64,000 bases of DNA from Candidatus Melainabacteria bacterium SSGW_16 (lineage in GTDB: Bacteria > Cyanobacteriota > Vampirovibrionia > 2-02-FULL-35-15). Numbering within the stretch: position 1 is the stretch's first letter; each line of letters begins with the position of its first letter. The notes under the pieces are model-generated. The model did not search any database. It saw nothing but the letters and a program-made list of their open reading frames with translations, and was not told the DNA's origin. Both the position numbers and the translations under genes were made by a program. This document shows positions 62,377 through 64,000 of the stretch, piece after piece. The stretch is from positions 688-64,687 of the forward strand of contig DUDS01000010.1 of the NCBI GenBank assembly GCA_004769085.1. Reading direction: 5' to 3'.

Positions 62377-62987
62377 TGGCTAGATTTTAAGTCCTTTATC
62401 TCGATCGGTATTTCTTTAAATTTACAATTAATTTTTATAGAACCATTATTTTCATTTGATTCAATAGTTTCACCAGTCTTAGAGGTAACCTTAATAGTAC
62501 TATTTAAAAATCCAAGCCTGACACTGCCATTGGCTAAATTATTACGATTTAAGAGTTTGATTCTACCGTTTATTAGAGATTTAGAGCCATCATTAAAGAA
62601 ATCAGAAACAGTGGTTGTAACCTGATCACTTTTATTTATCTTTTTAAGAGTCAGCTCTGAGTCAGAATTATCAAAGGTTTGAGTTTTACCATTTAAAAAA
62701 GAATTTAAATTTTTAATTTGTTCAAATATAGCCAGAATATTTACATCTGCTAAAAATTCTTCTCTATTAGAAAGGACTGATTGCAATTGTATTGAGCCAA
62801 AAGCTCCATCTTCACCCTGAAATAAGAGTATTCTGTTCTGATCCGCAATAAATTTTTTAAATGGAGAATTACCTCTCACAAAACATACTGCTTTACCACC
62901 AAGATCTGTTTCATCACCCTGGGCAAGAACAGGATGAGAGAAGCATAAGCTAAATATCAGCAATATAATAAAAAAATTGTTTCTCAT
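62373..62987 (-). CDS. hypothetical exported protein
   Basis: Signal peptide (..PVLA-Q); C-terminal INCKF..P..DL. Confidence 0.75.
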   Translation of the reverse strand: MRNNFFIILLIFSLCFSHPVLAQGDETDLGGKAVCFVRGNSPFKKFIADQNRILLFQGEDGAFGSIQLQSVLSNREEFLADVNILAIFEQIKNLNSFLNGKTQTFDNSDSELTLKKINKSDQVTTTVSDFFNDGSKSLINGRIKLLNRNNLANGSVRLGFLNSTIKVTSKTGETIESNENNGSIKINCKFKEIPIEIKDLKSSQ

Positions 62988-63008
62988 TTACCTATGGGCG
63001 ATCTGATC

Positions 63009-63063
63009 TAATTATCAGCTCTCTTCAAATGGGCGATCCGTGACTCGAACACGGGACCCCACG
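63009..63063 (-). repeat. 55-bp duplication of the tRNA-Ile 3' half plus trailer (att-like)
   Basis: Identical to 63175-63229. Confidence 0.92.
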
Positions 63064-63195
63064 GTCTTTTATCACGCGCTCCAGCCTCTGGCTTTCGCGC
63101 TTCCAAAGATCTATGGTCTCCCTTGATCTACATCCGCTCAGGTTTGTCGCACGGGACAAACCTTCACTAGGATTTAATTATCAGCTCTCTTCAAA

Positions 63196-63269
<74 letters not shown>

Positions 63270-63280
63270 GTTTTTATACT

Positions 63281-63358
63281 GGAAAAATCTCGCTTTTAAC
63301 GAGATTTTTCCTTTTCTTTTTCGACGCAAAATGTATTCTTGACCAGAACACATTTTGC
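63281..63358. other. two adjacent palindromes upstream of tRNA-Ile
   Basis: GGAAAAATCTCG-N7-CGAGATTTTTCC (63281-63311, followed by a T tract on +) and GCAAAATGT..ACATTTTGC (63326-63358). Confidence 0.6.
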
Positions 63359-63498
63359 ATAAATTCCAAGAATTCAGACTCAAAAGTAATTATATCTTGC
63401 TTTAGAAGACATTTTAAAAATTACACTTGACAATAAAACTTTATCTTGATTTAATTTAATGCAATAATATTTGTATTTAAGACAATTTAAATTAATAT

Positions 63499-64000
63499 AT
63501 GGGCTATGCAGATTTTGGTATTACACTTGGTCACCAGCATTATATTGCATTACGTGTTAGGTATAATGCTGGTATTAATTGGATAAGAAGAAATATTGGA
63601 CACTCTGTTGATGTTGAAAATGCCATCCCAGTAATTATTCGCGGTAGTACAAATCCAGAATATACAGATCAACCTAGACTTACTATTTATAACCAAACAC
63701 TCATTGATGCTTTGATTCAAAGACAACTTGCACATATACCTCTTGGATCAAGAAGAAGAGAACATTTTGCTAATATTGCTGAAATTGGACTTTACCCTGT
63801 AACAAATGAAGGAGAAGGAATAGCATATTCAGCTGGAATTTATAGTCTTGTTGAGCCATGGGGAGATATGTTATCACCTCCATATCGTGATTTAAATCGA
63901 GAACTAAGTAGATTTGCTGGAAGATACGACACCCCTGGATACAACCCTTTAACTGAACATGAGCAACTACTACTCATGATTATTAAAAAAGTTAAAGAAA
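63499..64000 (+). CDS. hypothetical protein, 3'-truncated by window edge (absent from ORF track)
   Basis: ATG 63499 starts MGYADFGITLGHQHYIALRV..., open to the end of the window (~167 codons). Confidence 0.7.
   Translation, partial: MGYADFGITLGHQHYIALRVRYNAGINWIRRNIGHSVDVENAIPVIIRGSTNPEYTDQPRLTIYNQTLIDALIQRQLAHIPLGSRRREHFANIAEIGLYPVTNEGEGIAYSAGIYSLVEPWGDMLSPPYRDLNRELSRFAGRYDTPGYNPLTEHEQLLLMIIKKVKE

Noticed and set aside
63281..63320. Intrinsic terminator call
   Set aside because: The T-tract is on the + strand but no + strand gene ends upstream, so it is kept only as a palindrome.

Overview
AT-rich bacterial chromosomal window, most likely from a non-photosynthetic relative of Cyanobacteria (Melainabacteria/Vampirovibrionia-like). 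This is inferred from a close RpaA orthologue and cyanobacterial-type lysA/argB, with no photosynthesis genes in the window. It is mostly housekeeping: rpsD, phoU, hppA, rimI, rpaA, sppA, tmk, gpsA, atpD, an M16 peptidase, ileS, argB, rnc, ybeY, cysS, lysA, glpD, nupC, a 2-oxoacid:ferredoxin oxidoreductase, an Rrf2-sufCBD-ferredoxin-sufSUT cluster with iscA, grxD/bolA, and three tRNAs (Val-GAC, Arg-CCG, Ile-GAT). Unusual points: (1) a complete kdpFABC operon, including a kdpF missed by the ORF track, whose KdpA has all four selectivity-filter loops altered, followed by a kinase-less tandem-duplicated KdpD-Usp-KdpD-Usp protein and no adjacent kdpE; (2) a multi-membrane-helix protein fused to a dNTPase-like HD domain, next to a nucleoside transporter; (3) a 2,000+ aa surface protein with repeat-bounded modules of foreign codon usage; (4) three apparently exported pseudo-enzymes; (5) a dispersed structured intergenic repeat with compensatory changes, a TA-flanked MITE-like element and a duplicated tRNA-Ile 3' half; (6) an apparent strand-bias switch near 5 kb, possibly the replication terminus. 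No CRISPR array, transposase, integrase or reverse transcriptase was recognised. All family assignments are by-eye motif recognition, not database searches.
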